The position numbers were made by a program, and so were the translations under genes. Shown piece after piece: positions 44,359-57,850 of a stretch of DNA of 64,000 bases. The first letter of the stretch is position 1. Each line of letters starts with the position of its first letter. Source of the DNA: Raillietiella orientalis (lineage: Eukaryota); NCBI GenBank assembly GCA_036172245.1, contig JAYWIR010000063.1, positions 310,001-374,000 on the forward strand, given 5' to 3'. A model generated the notes under the pieces. It searched no databases, was not told the origin of the DNA, and saw nothing but the letters and a program-made list of their open reading frames with translations.

Positions 44359-44673
44359 CCGCGTGGCCAACACGCGCGAGCTGCCGACAGACGCTCGGCG
44401 CAGCAGTGATGCTGCGCTCACGAAAAACCCGCTGAACGTCGTGTGCTGGAGAACGTGCTGTGCACCAAGGCTGCAAACACATTGCCTTGGTGAGCCGAAG
44501 ACGTCTCTTTGTTTTCCGCCCGGAGTTCACCTAGAAAAATGACGCATCCATTTTCTTGGTGGAACACTTGGTTCTGCACGAACACAGGAATTTCGTTCCC
44601 ACTTGCCACCTGGACTGATTAGGAAGGGATCGCTCTGCGTGTCCCGCGACGACCCATTCATTCCCTGGATTGT

Positions 44674-45330
44674 CACCCGGGTGCGCCAGGGCGTTCACTT
44701 CATATTAAAAAAATAAACATTTATAATCTGTGTGATTGCACCGGTGGTCCAACCAAGTCCTTTTCAAAACAAACCTGCCGTGTTACCGGTGCACAGACCG
44801 GTGAAGTCCACCACGGCAGCAGAGGAGACGGAACAAAGAAAAAGAAAAAAAGAAACAATAATAAAAATAAATAAACAGATTTGAGAGGGGGAGGAAGGAG
44901 TCACGTCCTCCTGGGGACACCCCTATGCATCCTTTGGAGGATGCCAACCCAGATGACCTTTCCCAGGTGGGATCTTTTTACAATCCTCAAAAAGCAGACG
45001 GCAAAGGGAGTGTGGCAGCCTTGTCTCTCCGCCCTCCCCTTGCATCGCTCCAGGCCGCGACGACCCCGTGTAGGCGGCAGAGGGCTGCTAGCGAGGATGC
45101 CAGCCGAAGGGTGTCGCATACGAAGAGGGGTCTTTCGGAGTCCCTATGGTCGCCCTCTGGGGGTTCCTAGGGTCACAGAGAAGCATTCCCAGAAGAGCCG
45201 GAGGGCAATATAATCCACAATCTGCTACAAGAGGAAGTCACGTTCCCGCACCTGGCACAGTTCGGGGATCCACGCACCCCCGTGTCCAGTGATGCCTGTG
45301 GGCTTTGCACGGGAGACCTTGGTACAGCAA
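44674..45330 (-). mobile_element. L1/Tx1-type LINE 3' fragment, same family
   Basis: CARCG zinc-finger relic near 45260. The 3' UTR shares CACCCGGGTGCGCCxGGGCGTT and CCTGCCGxGTTACCGGT...CAGACCGGTGAxGTCCAxCACGGCAGCAGAGG with 58978-59130. Confidence 0.75.
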
Positions 45331-45899
45331 CATCAATGCAAACTCCTGCCACTTAAGAGGGAGGGTGCAGGTGTCCAAGAGTACATTCCCATCTGCACTC
45401 AGTGACCACCAGAAAACAAGGAATCCTATTGGATGAGGATGGATTCATACGACGTTTGCAACATGACCTGCAGAGTGTTGTCAGGAGAGACCTAGGGAAT
45501 GCCCAGACGAAGAAGAAGGAGCGCAAAATCTCCCACACAGTGGGAAGACTCAAAGGAAGCCCCAAATGGAGAAAAAGAAAAGGAAAGGCTGTGTTGGCTG
45601 ACGAAGGAACGATTTTGCCTGGACCTCTTGAACCCGTTTTTGAGTTGACCTAAAACCCGAGTAGCCATCTTCGAGAAGATGAGATCTCGACGCCGCTCGG
45701 CTCATCCCTGCTTGTGGCCCTAGCGAAAGAGAGATCGCTTCCGCAGACGCGCGTCGCTCATCACATTCGCCCACAGGAATGGACCAGTCCGCGCGTGGTC
45801 CGCTTGGGACGCGATCCTCTCATCCGGACGATACGAAGCTCGCACCCTTCCCGTAACCCAAGGCACCAAGTGGGCAGCTGAGCGAAGAAGAAAACACGG

Positions 45900-46560
45900 A
45901 AACTTGGTTTTCCGTAACGATGGAGAGTGTGGGGAAGTTGCTGGAGACCCTCTGCCTGCGGGAGGACGAACCCATGGATGGGAAGTCTTCCGGATGCAGT
46001 GCAGCAGAAGAAGGAGGACTTGGAGCCACTGCCGCTTCGCGGACTCTGGCGGTGGTGCCCCTGTCCCCAGCTCCAGGAGGAGACGGCCAAGGGAAAATCA
46101 AGGGAAGCACTCGTTCGGGGGGAAATCGTTGCTCCTCCTTCCAGGACCGGTGTCCAAGCGACGGCGACGCTATCGGCACCGTCTCCTGCTCCCACGGACG
46201 CAGACCGACCGGCCGAAGGGGATTCTGGTTCGGAGGGCCCGCCGCAGACCCCCTTCGTCCTGAATCAGGACCGTGGGGAGCGGAAGGCGACCTTCCCGGA
46301 GAGAGGGTGGCCGCAAGTGAAGCTGCTGGGAATTTCCAGTTGCCCGCCGTAAGAGAAGCCTTCCCGCGTCTGAGCACCTGGGGCCAGGGAAAGAGAATGG
46401 AGCATCGCCCCAAAGGGTCGTGGAACCGGAGACCATGCAGCCACTGCAGGAATCAAGGAAGCGCAGCTGCTGCAGTGTCGAGCTGCTCGTCCATGAGCCA
46501 CTTCCCGGCCATGGGGTCGGCGAGGCCGGGAGCTCCTGTGCGTCCAGGAAACAACAGGTA
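45900..46560 (+). mobile_element. Possible non-LTR RT relic
   Basis: GKLLETLCLR and, in another frame, RGWPQVKLLG (GxPQGxxLGP-like). Weak evidence. Confidence 0.3.
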
Positions 46561-47849
46561 AGCGGAACCCTTCTTTGAGATCCGATTGTATTTTCCAGTT
46601 GGCAGGGAGACTCACGGGCACGATGCCAGTCCGTGAGCGGGGGAGGCCGCCGAAACATCTTGGACGCCCTTTGAGTCTCAGAAGCCATGGGCTTCCTCTC
46701 CTCTGCAGTCCTCAGCTCCTCACCCTACAGGTCTCTGGTGCATCGGCAGGTACGACGAGACGTCGCGTCACAGGTTCGACACCTGGAAGTGAGCGCTACA
46801 GGCGAATCTCGGAGAAAGCGTCTCTGAAGACCAGCAGCGAACTGGAGTGGGCGTGTCCAGCTGCGGGTGAGATCTCCAGTAGCTTGGGATGCTGACGCAG
46901 TTCCAACGTGCGAGCACTCTCTGCTAGGAAACAGGCACGCAGTCCATTTCGATGACTATCAGAGTCGCTGGGATTTCCGTAACAGTCAACAGTCCAAGAT
47001 AAAGAGAAGAATCAGGCTCCATGATTTGCTTCCGTGGGTTGTCCCCTGGGAATGCAGCTGGTGCCCTGGGCACTTGGTAGTGGTGTCTTACTGGACGTTT
47101 TATCTTGGCGACTTCCAACGTACTCCTTTTCTCCGGGCTGCAAAAATAAAACCGGCTTCTGGCGAACGGAGTTCAGTGAGGAACCGCTCACCGCTTGTGG
47201 TCAGGGGTCAAGGCACACTCGAGTGAACGTGCGGGGGACATCTTCACCGTGGTACCCTCTTCTTCGCAGAGGTAACGAAATACCACGTTTGAGTGGCGGG
47301 TCTTCATCCGTGGGAGGCGGTGTGGACCGCCAGGATTTTGCTGGCGCCGGCCGATCGATATACTGCACCCTCGCGACAGAGCGCGGGAAAGGAAGAGCCA
47401 ATGTCCGGGGGGAGGGTGCATGTCTGGCGGAAGTTGACACGGATGTGCAGCGGTAAGCTCTTCTTTCTCATGCTCGGGCACCGAAATCGGCGGTGTTTGG
47501 GATTTCAAGCTTTGTCTCCACCAGACCTGAACTGTCGATTCGGTGCTCATCGAAACCAATGACGGAAAGTGCAACCGCCCATTCGCGCTTCTGCCAGAAC
47601 GCGCGAGTTGTGACTTAACGCATCGTGAACTGTAACTTCACTTAACAGCAGCATTCGGTTCGTTGGGGGTCATGTTCCTCAGCAAGCGGATCCACGTGGT
47701 CAGAGTACTTGAGGTGGTGCATTCCGATTCAGCCACTTCCAATCCTAATCGCGTGCATGAAATTCGGAACGTTCTGGAACGGAAATAATGCTTCCCATAC
47801 ACCCTGGAGGAAAGCCCTGCAACCTGGACATGCGGGAAGTGGTCCCGAG

Positions 47850-48830
47850 TTTTGCAGGGCTGCCTACTTAAACGAATTCATCTGTACCGCCTCACGTGTT
47901 GGTTAATGGGCTGTGTTGCCGTCGCCACCATTGAACCCACTTCCAGTTGTCGACGACGATATCGCACAAGTGACGCTCATATGACGAAACGGGACTGTCA
48001 CAACTGGCTGGAGATGACCAAGGTGTGTATGTTGTCCAGGGAATACAAGCAGGGTCTTTGCGCGCCACGGATGTGCCGATTTCGGGGCAGGCTCATTCCA
48101 TTCTTCTTCAATACCCCGATGCCTTGGGTCTCGAAGGTAGCGAAGAATGTTGGAGCTTTGCTCTTCGCGAAGAGATGGTTGCTGAACGCAAGGCTTCCAG
48201 CCGCTTCGTGGTCTGCCGCCTGAACATGCGCTCCTATTCGAGCAAGGAAATGCCTTTTCAAGGGGAGGCTCTGCGTTTCCAAATCTCGGGTTTTATAAGA
48301 GATGTCGAGCCGTACACAAAGATGAAGAAACGCTGGGTGTGTGTCAATGTTCAGGCGAGCGAATCCGACGTAGTCTGCTGCTACTGTGCCGTCATCGTGG
48401 GGAGGTTTCACGCCACCTCAACCGTCCGTCCTTCAGCCTTTGCCTGCCCTTCATGACTGGACATGAGGAGCGACCGTTGCTCCTCAGATAAGTTCCGCAT
48501 TAACCAGTAGGTCCTGCGCCGCGCTGGTAGTTCCCACGGGATGAAAAGAATGCCCGGCTCTCCTTTCGTGTTCGACACAGAGACCTGATGCTGGTAAACT
48601 CGCTCTCGACTACGTTCTGAGCGACCGCACCGGGAGGACTAAGGTTGGCAACTTTTGACGAACACCGCGGCTGCAGTTCCACATGTGATGGACCCTCAGC
48701 AAAGACATAGTCGGTGGCCGGCATGTGGAAGAGTGAGCCTCGCGTGGCGCTACGTGCAAGCGACGACACAACTTCGATTCCCGGTCATACTTCTCACGTC
48801 TTCGAGTCTGTCGCCCGTGACGGAAGAGAA
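47850..48830 (-). mobile_element. Decayed Ty3/gypsy pol relic
   Basis: Ordered relics: RLEDV...LPHAGHRL (YLDD...LxxAGxxL-like), KESRAFFSSRGNYQR (KxxRxFLGxxNYYR-like), GHLQPVVTVPFRHMSV (integrase-like). Confidence 0.45.
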
Positions 48831-50855
48831 GGAGTACGCGACAGGCACTTCTTTTTAAAGCTGACTCCGCCTAATATGATCTTGAAGCGTTGAGAGGAAT
48901 TTCTCATTTTCCCGTGGTTGAACTGCTGTCCTTTCCTCCTTTCATTGAACAGTCCACGCACGTGGGCGCTTCTGCTAAGCTGCCGGTCAGTTTCAGTGCC
49001 ACTTCATTCTTTGTTGGCGAATCGAGCTTTGGAGAAAAGTGCCCTGCGGGGAACCAGTCGTGTGGCACCCAAACGCTCACGTGTCACTCTTGAAAGTGGT
49101 GTTTCCGGGGGAAACTTTCGGCAGCGCAATGACGGCTGGTCCAGCGGTGCAGCCATCGTCTTCATTTCGTCCGGTCATTTGTCATGCCGCAAGCTTTGAA
49201 ATCGGTTGGTCGTAAAGACTGTGATGGAATTCGAAATCCCAGAGCGAGGGAGGATGTCCAAAACGGCTTGTTTTCCAAAAATTTCCGTGTATGGACGTAA
49301 GAAACAAAACTCGCATAAGTCTTCCAGGAACCCCCATGACCCGACCGGCCAGCAAGGGATTCCCAGAAGGCCACAACCAGATGCTTCGTATCCGCGGTCC
49401 ATTTGTGCGCATGGAGTTTTTATTTTCTGGGTTATCGCTGTTTCGTGCCACTTTCTCTTATGGTACTCGTCAGCAGTGGGTAATCAACTTCTTCCTTAGC
49501 TACACTCAGCGTCCCTGTTGGAATCCTACCGCCGTTTTCGGGTTGCACGGAAGTTATGTGACGTGAACCCAATGATATGGGAGCATCGGACCTTCGGAAA
49601 TTGTGTACCTCTTATCTTTGCGGATTTCGAATTCGTTCATCCCTTTCATGGCCAGCTGCAGATTCAGGGAACGTGGTGTCGTTTCAGTGATCCAGACAGA
49701 TGTCACTCATCTTACGTGATCCCTGCCTGACCCACGTGACTGAGCTCGCTAAACCGACTGTCCTCGACCCTGAACTCTATGAAGAAGACAAACTACCAAT
49801 AATGAGGAAGGAAAGGGCATCGCAATTGAAAATGTTTTCTCTTGAGTTACTATGGGCACTGCACGGAACAAAATACACAGGTGTCGCTGTCGGACTCTAG
49901 GTCTCCCTGTGTCCCACAGGGCTTCTCAAGAGGTCCTCAGTCCATCTTCTGATACCATGGGAGGAGAGGGGGAAAGCAAACAAAAAGCAGGGTGCGGAGG
50001 AGAGGAGCTACTGACGACTGGCAGACTGCGGTCATCAAGACAACGGCGTGTAAAACTTGCCGTTGTCTCTTTGCAGGAGGTTCCTCGAAGAAACAGCTGA
50101 GCGTTTCCTGGCATATCATGTGATCCCGCGTGATTTTTTCAATCAGTCACCAAGTTGTCTAGGCTCCAGGATGTGGATCAGCCGTCCTGAATCGACGGCC
50201 TCCGTTCCCGTCATTCCTTTTCATCATCTGTGAGGTGATGGACCTTGGGAGGTCAAGCTTTCGTTGGTCGTAAACGACAAGACGGAAAACAAAGACAAGT
50301 TCCACGTTTTATGGAACGGGAGCGGCAAGGCCTAACCGACCATTGGTAGGCACAGGCATCTGTGCTGGAAGGTGAGCATGGAGAGAACGGACTTCAGCGA
50401 CGCAGATATCCGGTGCGGAAGGCATTTTCTTACTCGTTCCTCGAAAATGGAGAGTCCACGCCATGTTATCCGGGGTGGACTGACGAAAGCAGTTCTCTTC
50501 TAGCGATCTCGTTCGTCCGCGTGAAACTCTTTGTACCTTCCCGTGGGTTATCCACTTGTTCCTGATCGTTTGATGAGAACTGCTGAGACGATTGGCACGG
50601 ATGGGATGGAAGCCGCGATGAGCGTTCCTCTCGGAAGTCCCTGCGTTTGAGACTTCGAAAGAGGCTTGCAGCCTCGATCTACGGATTCTCTGTGAGAGAA
50701 TCGGTCCAACAGCGGATTTTTCGAAGCAGTGGTTGTATCTTTGCCGTGCGAGTTCCTGCAACCAGTTGTTCATTTGCTCGGTTTCGTCTGTCTGTTTGCT
50801 TGCCTTTTTTTTTTTTTTTATTTGTTTATTTTCATCAGCACACCCTGATTTCAGG

Positions 50856-53800
50856 ACCGCCATCATCCCGAGATGCGCAGGAAAAGTTACTTGTCGGCGT
50901 GCTTATCTAAGCATCAGTCTTCTCTTACGGAAGACCAAGGGAGACTCGATCGTTCCCCCGTGATAGTCAAACTTCTTCCAAGGTTATCCATACAAGTTTT
51001 TTTTTTTAAAAAAAAAAAATGCATCCTGTAACGAAAATAAATTACTTGGCTAATGGTTGCTTTATTTGATGATGAGGCGATGAAAAACTGAGCCGAAGCG
51101 TCAAAACACTCGAAATGCTTGATTGGCCTGAACCGTAAGGCAAACGAGTTAAACGCAACACTCTCCAGAGCGAGTGTGAGCATCAGACGAGTAGAAGGAA
51201 GAAGAAGCCGACTGCAGACTTCATCATCTTCGTCAACGTCATTTCTTTCCGTGGATGAGAAAAGGACTCCTGTTATCCTTCGCCAAGGATTCCGTCTCGA
51301 CAAAGAATTTTATACAGAAGAGAAAAGAAGGAGAATCAGTTTTCGGATGAATCTGTTCCAGTTGATGGTGGCAGTGTGAAATTCGACCTTCTTCCCGTCC
51401 GACAAACTTGCAAAACATCCTTATGAGCATTTGATAAATGAAGATGGAAGCGATAGTCCAGTTAAATCCCCTTTGCAGAGAGATATGGCTCAGGTGGTCT
51501 TTTGTTCTTTATGTGGATTAGTCTTCTAATTCCTATTCGACGGAAGATTTGAAGAAAAAGTGAAGCCATACATTTCATTTGTCAATTGGAAAGCGTTATT
51601 CATGTGAACTGTTATTGTTTTTGTCTTGTTTTTTAAACAAAACAGGACAAAAACGAAAATCCTTCACGAATTCCTTACAGTTTTTCAGATGAATTTTGAT
51701 GAGGTGGATGTGAATTTGGTTGGAGCATCCAAAAGATGCGTTTCTGTGGTGCTATCTAAGATAGAAATCGTTCCAAGAATTTGGGCGCGTTTGTTTCCAG
51801 CCACCTGGGGAGATCCTCGAACGACTTGTTTCAAGATTTCCGTTCCGATTGTTTTGCTGGCGGCAAATTCTGCGGAAGAAATGCATCTTTGAGTTACATC
51901 TCCTTGCGTGAAAGGCAACAGCAGCTTCCTCGTTCGCCCTTTCGCATTTGCTCCGTTTTAATTTAAGGTGGAATTGCTGGCGATAGAAGTATCAAAATTA
52001 CTTGGAATTTAGCTGCAACAATAACTGGAAAGGAAAACACACCATAAATCGGTGCCATCAAATGAGAACCGAATTTGCGTGTCACAGCTGAATGTTTGCG
52101 ACTTTTTGGAAAATCCGCGTTCCCGGAAACGAATTTTCTCCCTGCGGAGGAAGGCGGCACCCCTGGTAGGTGGAGAAAATGTCGGCGTCTCAACAAAGCG
52201 CAACAGTCGCACTTGGGGCCTGCAAACCGGGAAGCTGGCGTGCCGCAGCGCTTGGAACTTTTTGTGTGCCTGGCGTGCCGAATGCTCTGGTGTGCTCGAA
52301 GCAAGCGCGTAAGTTCAGCACAAAGAAATGCACTTTTTGTCTCGGCAGCTTTGTGATTTGGGGCTGCGTAGCAACAATGCTCCCGGCATGGAACACGTAC
52401 GCTAATTATTTTGGCAGTGCAGTCCACCGGTCAGGTTCCGCGTGCCTCATCATTTTCAAAGGACACGCCTTGTGCACAGAGTGGTTGGTTTGCATGCCAC
52501 TATCGTTTTCCTGCTTCGGTTTGCCATCGTCGTCCGCGATCGCTTTTCTTCTTCTTATAGGATCTTCTTTCGATTTTGCGCTCGTCCCGCTGTTTTCGTT
52601 GGAAAAAGTGCCCGTTCTCTTGCAACTCTCCAGTTTTCAGGAGAATTGCACCCCGCTTGTTATTTTCGCTGAAGGAAAAGTGTCCACCCTCGAGATTCTC
52701 TGCCACGTCTTTGTTCTCGCAAGCATGGCGGCACTTCCGCCGTCGCCATGTTTGCGTGCGACCCCCGCATCGCCGAGGGGGGTCTCTTCCGCGCCGCCGA
52801 ACGCGCCGCATCCGATCGGTGCCACCACTTTCGGTACAAATAGATGAGCACGCGGAATTTCTCAGCCACGTTTAACCTTTGCGAACGGTCCCTGTCGTTC
52901 AAGGTCGAGAGGACAGTTCTCGGGACTGCATCTTTGAAGAGAGCTTTCGAAAATTCTATTGCGTCAAAATTGGGGGATGTTGAGTGGGACCTCGGCAGCC
53001 GCCGCAACTCGCTGAAAGCCACGTGAAACAACACGGAGAGGACCATGCTGGAAAATGAGCACGGGTGCAAGTTTGCCAACGGTAAGCTGCCCAAGTTGCT
53101 CTCTGCTGCCCTCTCTTTCGGCCCTTCCCGCCCCTTGCGTGAGGGCCATGCACCACACTTCAGCTGCAGCTGAAGTGTCGAAGAAGAACCTCCGTTTCGA
53201 AGCAGCTGAATTCCGCTGGGCGGTGCTCTCCTCTTCTTGCAAAGCGTGAATTTCTGCACAGCGGGTGCTTTTGGGGTCACGCTTCTTGCACACGTGCCAG
53301 GTGGGCAGCGTCCACTGCCGTAAGGATCCCGCCATCCTTGAACCCGTCGCCAGCAACCCTTCTGGTGAACGTGCACTTTCGAAAAAGGCTGCAGGAAGCA
53401 AACGGTGTCCCCGGCGCTTAATGAGAGGACGCTTCCAGAATCCAACGATAAGCTCATAAAGAAGATCGCCAACATTTCGTCTTTCCTGGAAGAAACCGAC
53501 AAGCTCATCAAGCAGATCAAAAAGCAGCAGGAGAACTTTCTGATTTCCCCGTGCCTGCACAGCAGTGAAAAACAAGTGAGTTGCTCCCTTCTCCCCCCCG
53601 TGCGTGCAGAAGAATCTTCGGCGAACACCGTCTGGCTGGCGCCCATCGAAGATTCTTCCACACCTGGAAACGCGCCTGCTCCACGCGTGCACGAGCGGAA
53701 GGCGCCAAAGTACAAAAAATGAGTCCTCGTACAGCAGGCGCGCGAGTGTGTACGGATGCGCTTTCCAGCGCAGGGCGAGCGGTGCATCCGAACCGAAACA

Positions 53801-53891
53801 CGCGGCATGTCGTGCGTACACGCGCATGCTGCGGATGTACGGTTTCCTGCGCGGGAAAAAGAGAGGCGGAATGTGCGCCTTTGGTCACTGA
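50856..53891 (+). pseudogene. Spliced coiled-coil-like locus, either stop-disrupted or a small gene starting at ATG 53045
   Basis: Phase-compatible segments 52844-53081, 53439-53575 (NDKLIKKIANISSFLEETDKLIKQIKKQQE) and 53610-53891 with GTAAG and GTGAGT donors; in-frame TGA at 53024. Upstream exon-like pieces also carry TGA codons. Confidence 0.35.
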
Positions 53892-55166
53892 AGCTCTTTA
53901 TGGGCAATTGGGCGTGAACCAACCGCCCATCGTAGTGGTGGCTGCTTACCACCAACAGCTCCCTGAGCCACGTTGTTTCAGCGGCATTAGGCATTTTTCT
54001 TAGGAATTCCTCGGCAGAGTTCCGCCCCACCTTTCCGTCTTCTACGAAGACTAGCGGAGAATTACGGGTGCGCTCTCAGATGCTCTCAGCCGGCATGCGT
54101 TGTGGTTGAGGTCGCGTCTCTGCTCTTTCATGGTCTTCTTTTCCCTTTTAAAAGAAGGGATTCTTAGCAAAAGCAAAGCACGCACTCAATGACCTATTTA
54201 CCTGAAGAAAAGGAACAACAGACTTCATCTCGAGTTGTGAAAGAAGAGGCACAGAGATCACACCGACAGACACACATACACGCACGCGCATGCAGACAGG
54301 CATACGCACACGGGAGGCCGTGCACGCGGGGGGCGCCACGATTCTCGAGATCCCACGTGTCGCTCGCCCGCCTCCCTCGCAGGTACGCCCCCGGGGCAGG
54401 CGAGGCGGCGAGCCTCGGAGGGTTCCCGCCTATGGCGGAAGTCCGTCCGGATGGGACCGCGCGAGAGCGGACGGATGGAAGCCGCCTGAGGTCCTGGGGC
54501 GTGCTCTGGGAAGGGGATGGGCCTGCCCAGGAAGGGTGGGGTGCCACCTGTTCTCCCACGGGGTTTCGAGGACGCCAGCTCCGGTTCGCGTGCCTCCACC
54601 GCGGACGAAAAGAAGGGCAAAACGAGCCGTTTTCTACTGTGGAGAAGGTGCGCAGCCTGGACGCCTCAGTCGGCTTCCCCCATGGGGAACATTTCGACGG
54701 ATCGCGGGCACTCCTGAGCCACCCAGGGAAAGACCTTTATTAGGGGATTCATCGATGAGGCCAGGAGAGGTCACGCGACCAGGCGAAGGTGGTGGTGAAC
54801 CGCCGTCTGCGGGTCCTGGACGAATGCCTCCAGACGGAAGCGGGTCCTCGTGTCACGCCGCATCCGAAGACGACTCTCGGAGAGCCGTTCTCCACATCAC
54901 CCCAGCTGGGCACGGGAAGACCCTGCTGAACGCATGGTGGCGACACCTCGGGATGCAGGGGAGCGCTCGGGAGATCCGGGGTGCTTCTGCCCTTCCGCGG
55001 GCCGGAGCCACAAGCGGAAGAGGCTTCCCGGAAGGAACCGACAGCGATCCGAGGCCGCCGGAGAGGGAGCCTGCCGTCAGGCGGGACGCAGAGGCCCCAC
55101 GAACCCGAGTCCCCTCGGGACTGGGGCGCGAGGATGGGCGCTGTCGGCGGAGCACCGAGAGGAGGA

Positions 55167-56749
55167 ATGGATGAGGTGACGGCGACTCCCGAGCAGGCGG
55201 GGTGGCTCGCGCGCGCGCCCTCTCCTCGCCAGCGCCGGGACCAATGGCGGCCGGTCGCCCTGTGTTTTAGGTGAGGCCGAAGGCGAAGGCGCCGCCTCAG
55301 CTGCCCCTTCCGCAGGAGGTGTGCGCGAAGGCGGATGCGGACGCGCCCCCCCAGGGCGAGAAGGTGGTGCAGGTCGCGGCAGCGCTTGCGTTCTGACGAC
55401 GGTGCTTCCAGGTGCTCCGGTGCAAGTGCGCCTTCCAGTGCCTGCAGGAGATGAAGCACTCGAGGGAAGTGCCCATCTTCCGGTGCGAGAGCTCCGGCTG
55501 CGCGTTCTGCAGGGACTACCGGGACAAGCTGCTGACCGTGACCTCGTCCTCGGAGAGCTCCCTCATCATCAAAGTCCCCCGGGGTCGCAGGTGGCGCCCC
55601 AGGCCCGCCGGGATGCTCGCACCTTCCTCACCCGTGGTCGCAGGGATCGCCCAGCCTGCGAGCCCTACCGCCCGCCACCGCAAGGCCCCGTCGCCGCCGC
55701 TGGGCAGGCACTCCAAATCGGACTGCTGGAACTCCCACCGGCGGCTACACGACCCCCCGCGACCCGGAGGCGGCGGTGGCACTCGCACCAGACCATGGAA
55801 GCCCGCCAGCCCACCGCCCCGCCGCGCCCGCGCCCACGGCAAGACCCTCTCCAAGGTGGAAGGCACGCAGCCGCAGCCGCAGGAATCGGCGGCGCCTGTT
55901 GCGGGCCACGAGCGTTCCCCCCGCCGCACCTGCGCCCAGAGACCGAGGGCGTCCAGGGCGAATCCCAAATTCGCCCACACCAAGATCGAGGAACTGCTGT
56001 CTCTGTGGCAGGCCCGCGGCGACTGCCCGCCCCGCGTTGGTCATGGAAGCGACAAGCTGAAGAGGTTCCTCTTGGACCGTCTCACCCGCAGCCGCGGGGC
56101 GGCCGGAGGCGCGGATGGGCCAGGGCGAGGCGGCGGCGGGCGCGACCGCGCGGGCGATTCGCGTCTCTCGAGGGTACACCAAAAGAAGTGCAAAGACGAG
56201 CGCCCGCTGGCCGCAAGCGGGGCGCCCTGTGGGGAGGAGGACGGCAGCAGCAGCGGCGACGAGTCCTTCTTCTCGCTCTCCGACTCCCAGTCGGAGGAGG
56301 CAGAGCAGCATGGGCGGCGGCGGCTGGCGGAGGAGGAGGAAGACACACCGAGCGACGAGGCTTCCCCGTCGCTCAGCGCGGAAGAAGGAAGAGGAGGAGG
56401 AGCGTGGCGTACGAGCTGCGGCGGTGGAGTCCCCGCGTGCCGCCACCAGGAGGACCGCCGCCGCCCCCACCACCATTACCACCACCACCACTATCACCAG
56501 CGCCAGGACTGCCGCCACCTCCCGGAGTGGGCGGAGGACGGCGGCGGCTCCCCCTCCACCGACGCGGAACCCCCCGGGCGACGGCGGCAAGGACAGGTCA
56601 GGAGCGACTGGGGACGCGCCCTACTCTGCCCCAGGCACGCCGACCTGCGGCCTCCGAGCCGGGCGCCCGGAAGGAGGAACTGCGGCGACCGCCGCGGGAC
56701 GCACCTTCGCTTGAGCACGAGCGACGCCAGCGGCTCCGGCTGCATATAG
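55167..56749 (+). CDS. Orphan protein with a Cys-rich N-terminal module and a long low-complexity tail
   Basis: A 445-codon terminal exon (55412-56749) follows a CTTCCAG acceptor and has strong third-position G/C at its start. Tentative exons 55167-55175 and 55316-55372 are in phase. AATAAA at 56830-56835. Confidence 0.6.
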
Positions 56750-57679
56750 CGAGGGCGGTGGGTGATGGCGCCATCCCAGGGTGCGGCACCGCCCCCTCAG
56801 AGTCCCGTGCCCTCCAGCGCGCGCCTGAGAATAAAAAGCAACGGAGCGGGGACGGCGGCGGGGGTGTCTCGGGCACGCACCTTGGGAAGCAGGGGCCGAC
56901 CGAGCGTTCCCCGGGAGGGAGCCACCTGCCCGACCTGCAACTTTGAAGGGGGCAATGCCGCAGAGGCAGGCCGCATGGGGAGAGTGCGGCGCCGGAGGCC
57001 CACTCGACGGGCTCAGGAGACACCACCAGGCACCCCGGAATCGACTTTCGACTTGCATGGGGAGAGGAGGGAGGGAAGAACGAAAAGACTTCTCTTCCGG
57101 AGAATATGCGGATCCAGGGGTGCCAAATGCTCTACTTCCCGCTCGTTTCGGGTGGTTACTTAAAGCAAAGCGGGTCGACCGCCCTTGGCGTGGACGGCAG
57201 GGGAAGGGTAGGGATGAATCGCCGCCGCGCGGCACGAGGGAGGTGCCCTCCGGCGGGCACGCGCGCCGAAGAGGTGCGGCAAGCTGGCAGCACGCGCACT
57301 TTCGGAGGGAGAGGCGGTGGAACAGCTCAGCGCGCTCATCTCCTCGCAGCCTGCGACCCCATCCCCTTTTTTCCTGGGTCATCGTGGATCCTTCCGATAG
57401 GGAGGCCGCTGGCCATGCCTTTCCCCCCGCTGCGGATCTCCCAGGCTACGCGGTCGGAGGCATCCGCTGTCCTGGGCGAAGAGGGTCGGAAGAGAGGCGA
57501 ACATAGTCCAGAGTCCAAGACGTGTCAGTACCTTGCGGGGCCAGCGCAGAAAGGGCGGCGTTGCTGCGCCGCTCGGTGCCCTCCCATCGGCAGTCTTCGC
57601 AGCCGGAATTGGGGGCAGCGCCAGTCGGCTTCTCCGCTCGGCGGGAAGCAACCCGGACGGCATCGCCCGAGGTCTCCAG

Positions 57680-57850
57680 TGAGGGTCGGTCGTCCCCGTG
57701 GGGACTGGCGAACTCCGTCATTCCCCTTCGGCGCGAATACGCCACCATCTTTCTCCCAGGCAGGGAGGACGGTGGCTCCCTACCACACGTGCTGCCTAAA
57801 CTGCTCCGGAGGAGGAGGCTCGGGACGGAGGGAGCGGAGACGCATCGCCA
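57680..57850 (+). mobile_element. Possible L1/Tx1 ORF2 post-RT relic
   Basis: PWGLANSVIPLRREYATIFLPGREDGGSLPHV resembles the FxW...LPxxxGGLxLP motif. Confidence 0.35.

Noticed and set aside
52660..54030. 456-aa minus-strand ORF
   Set aside because: No start context, motif or codon bias, and splice signals favour the plus strand.
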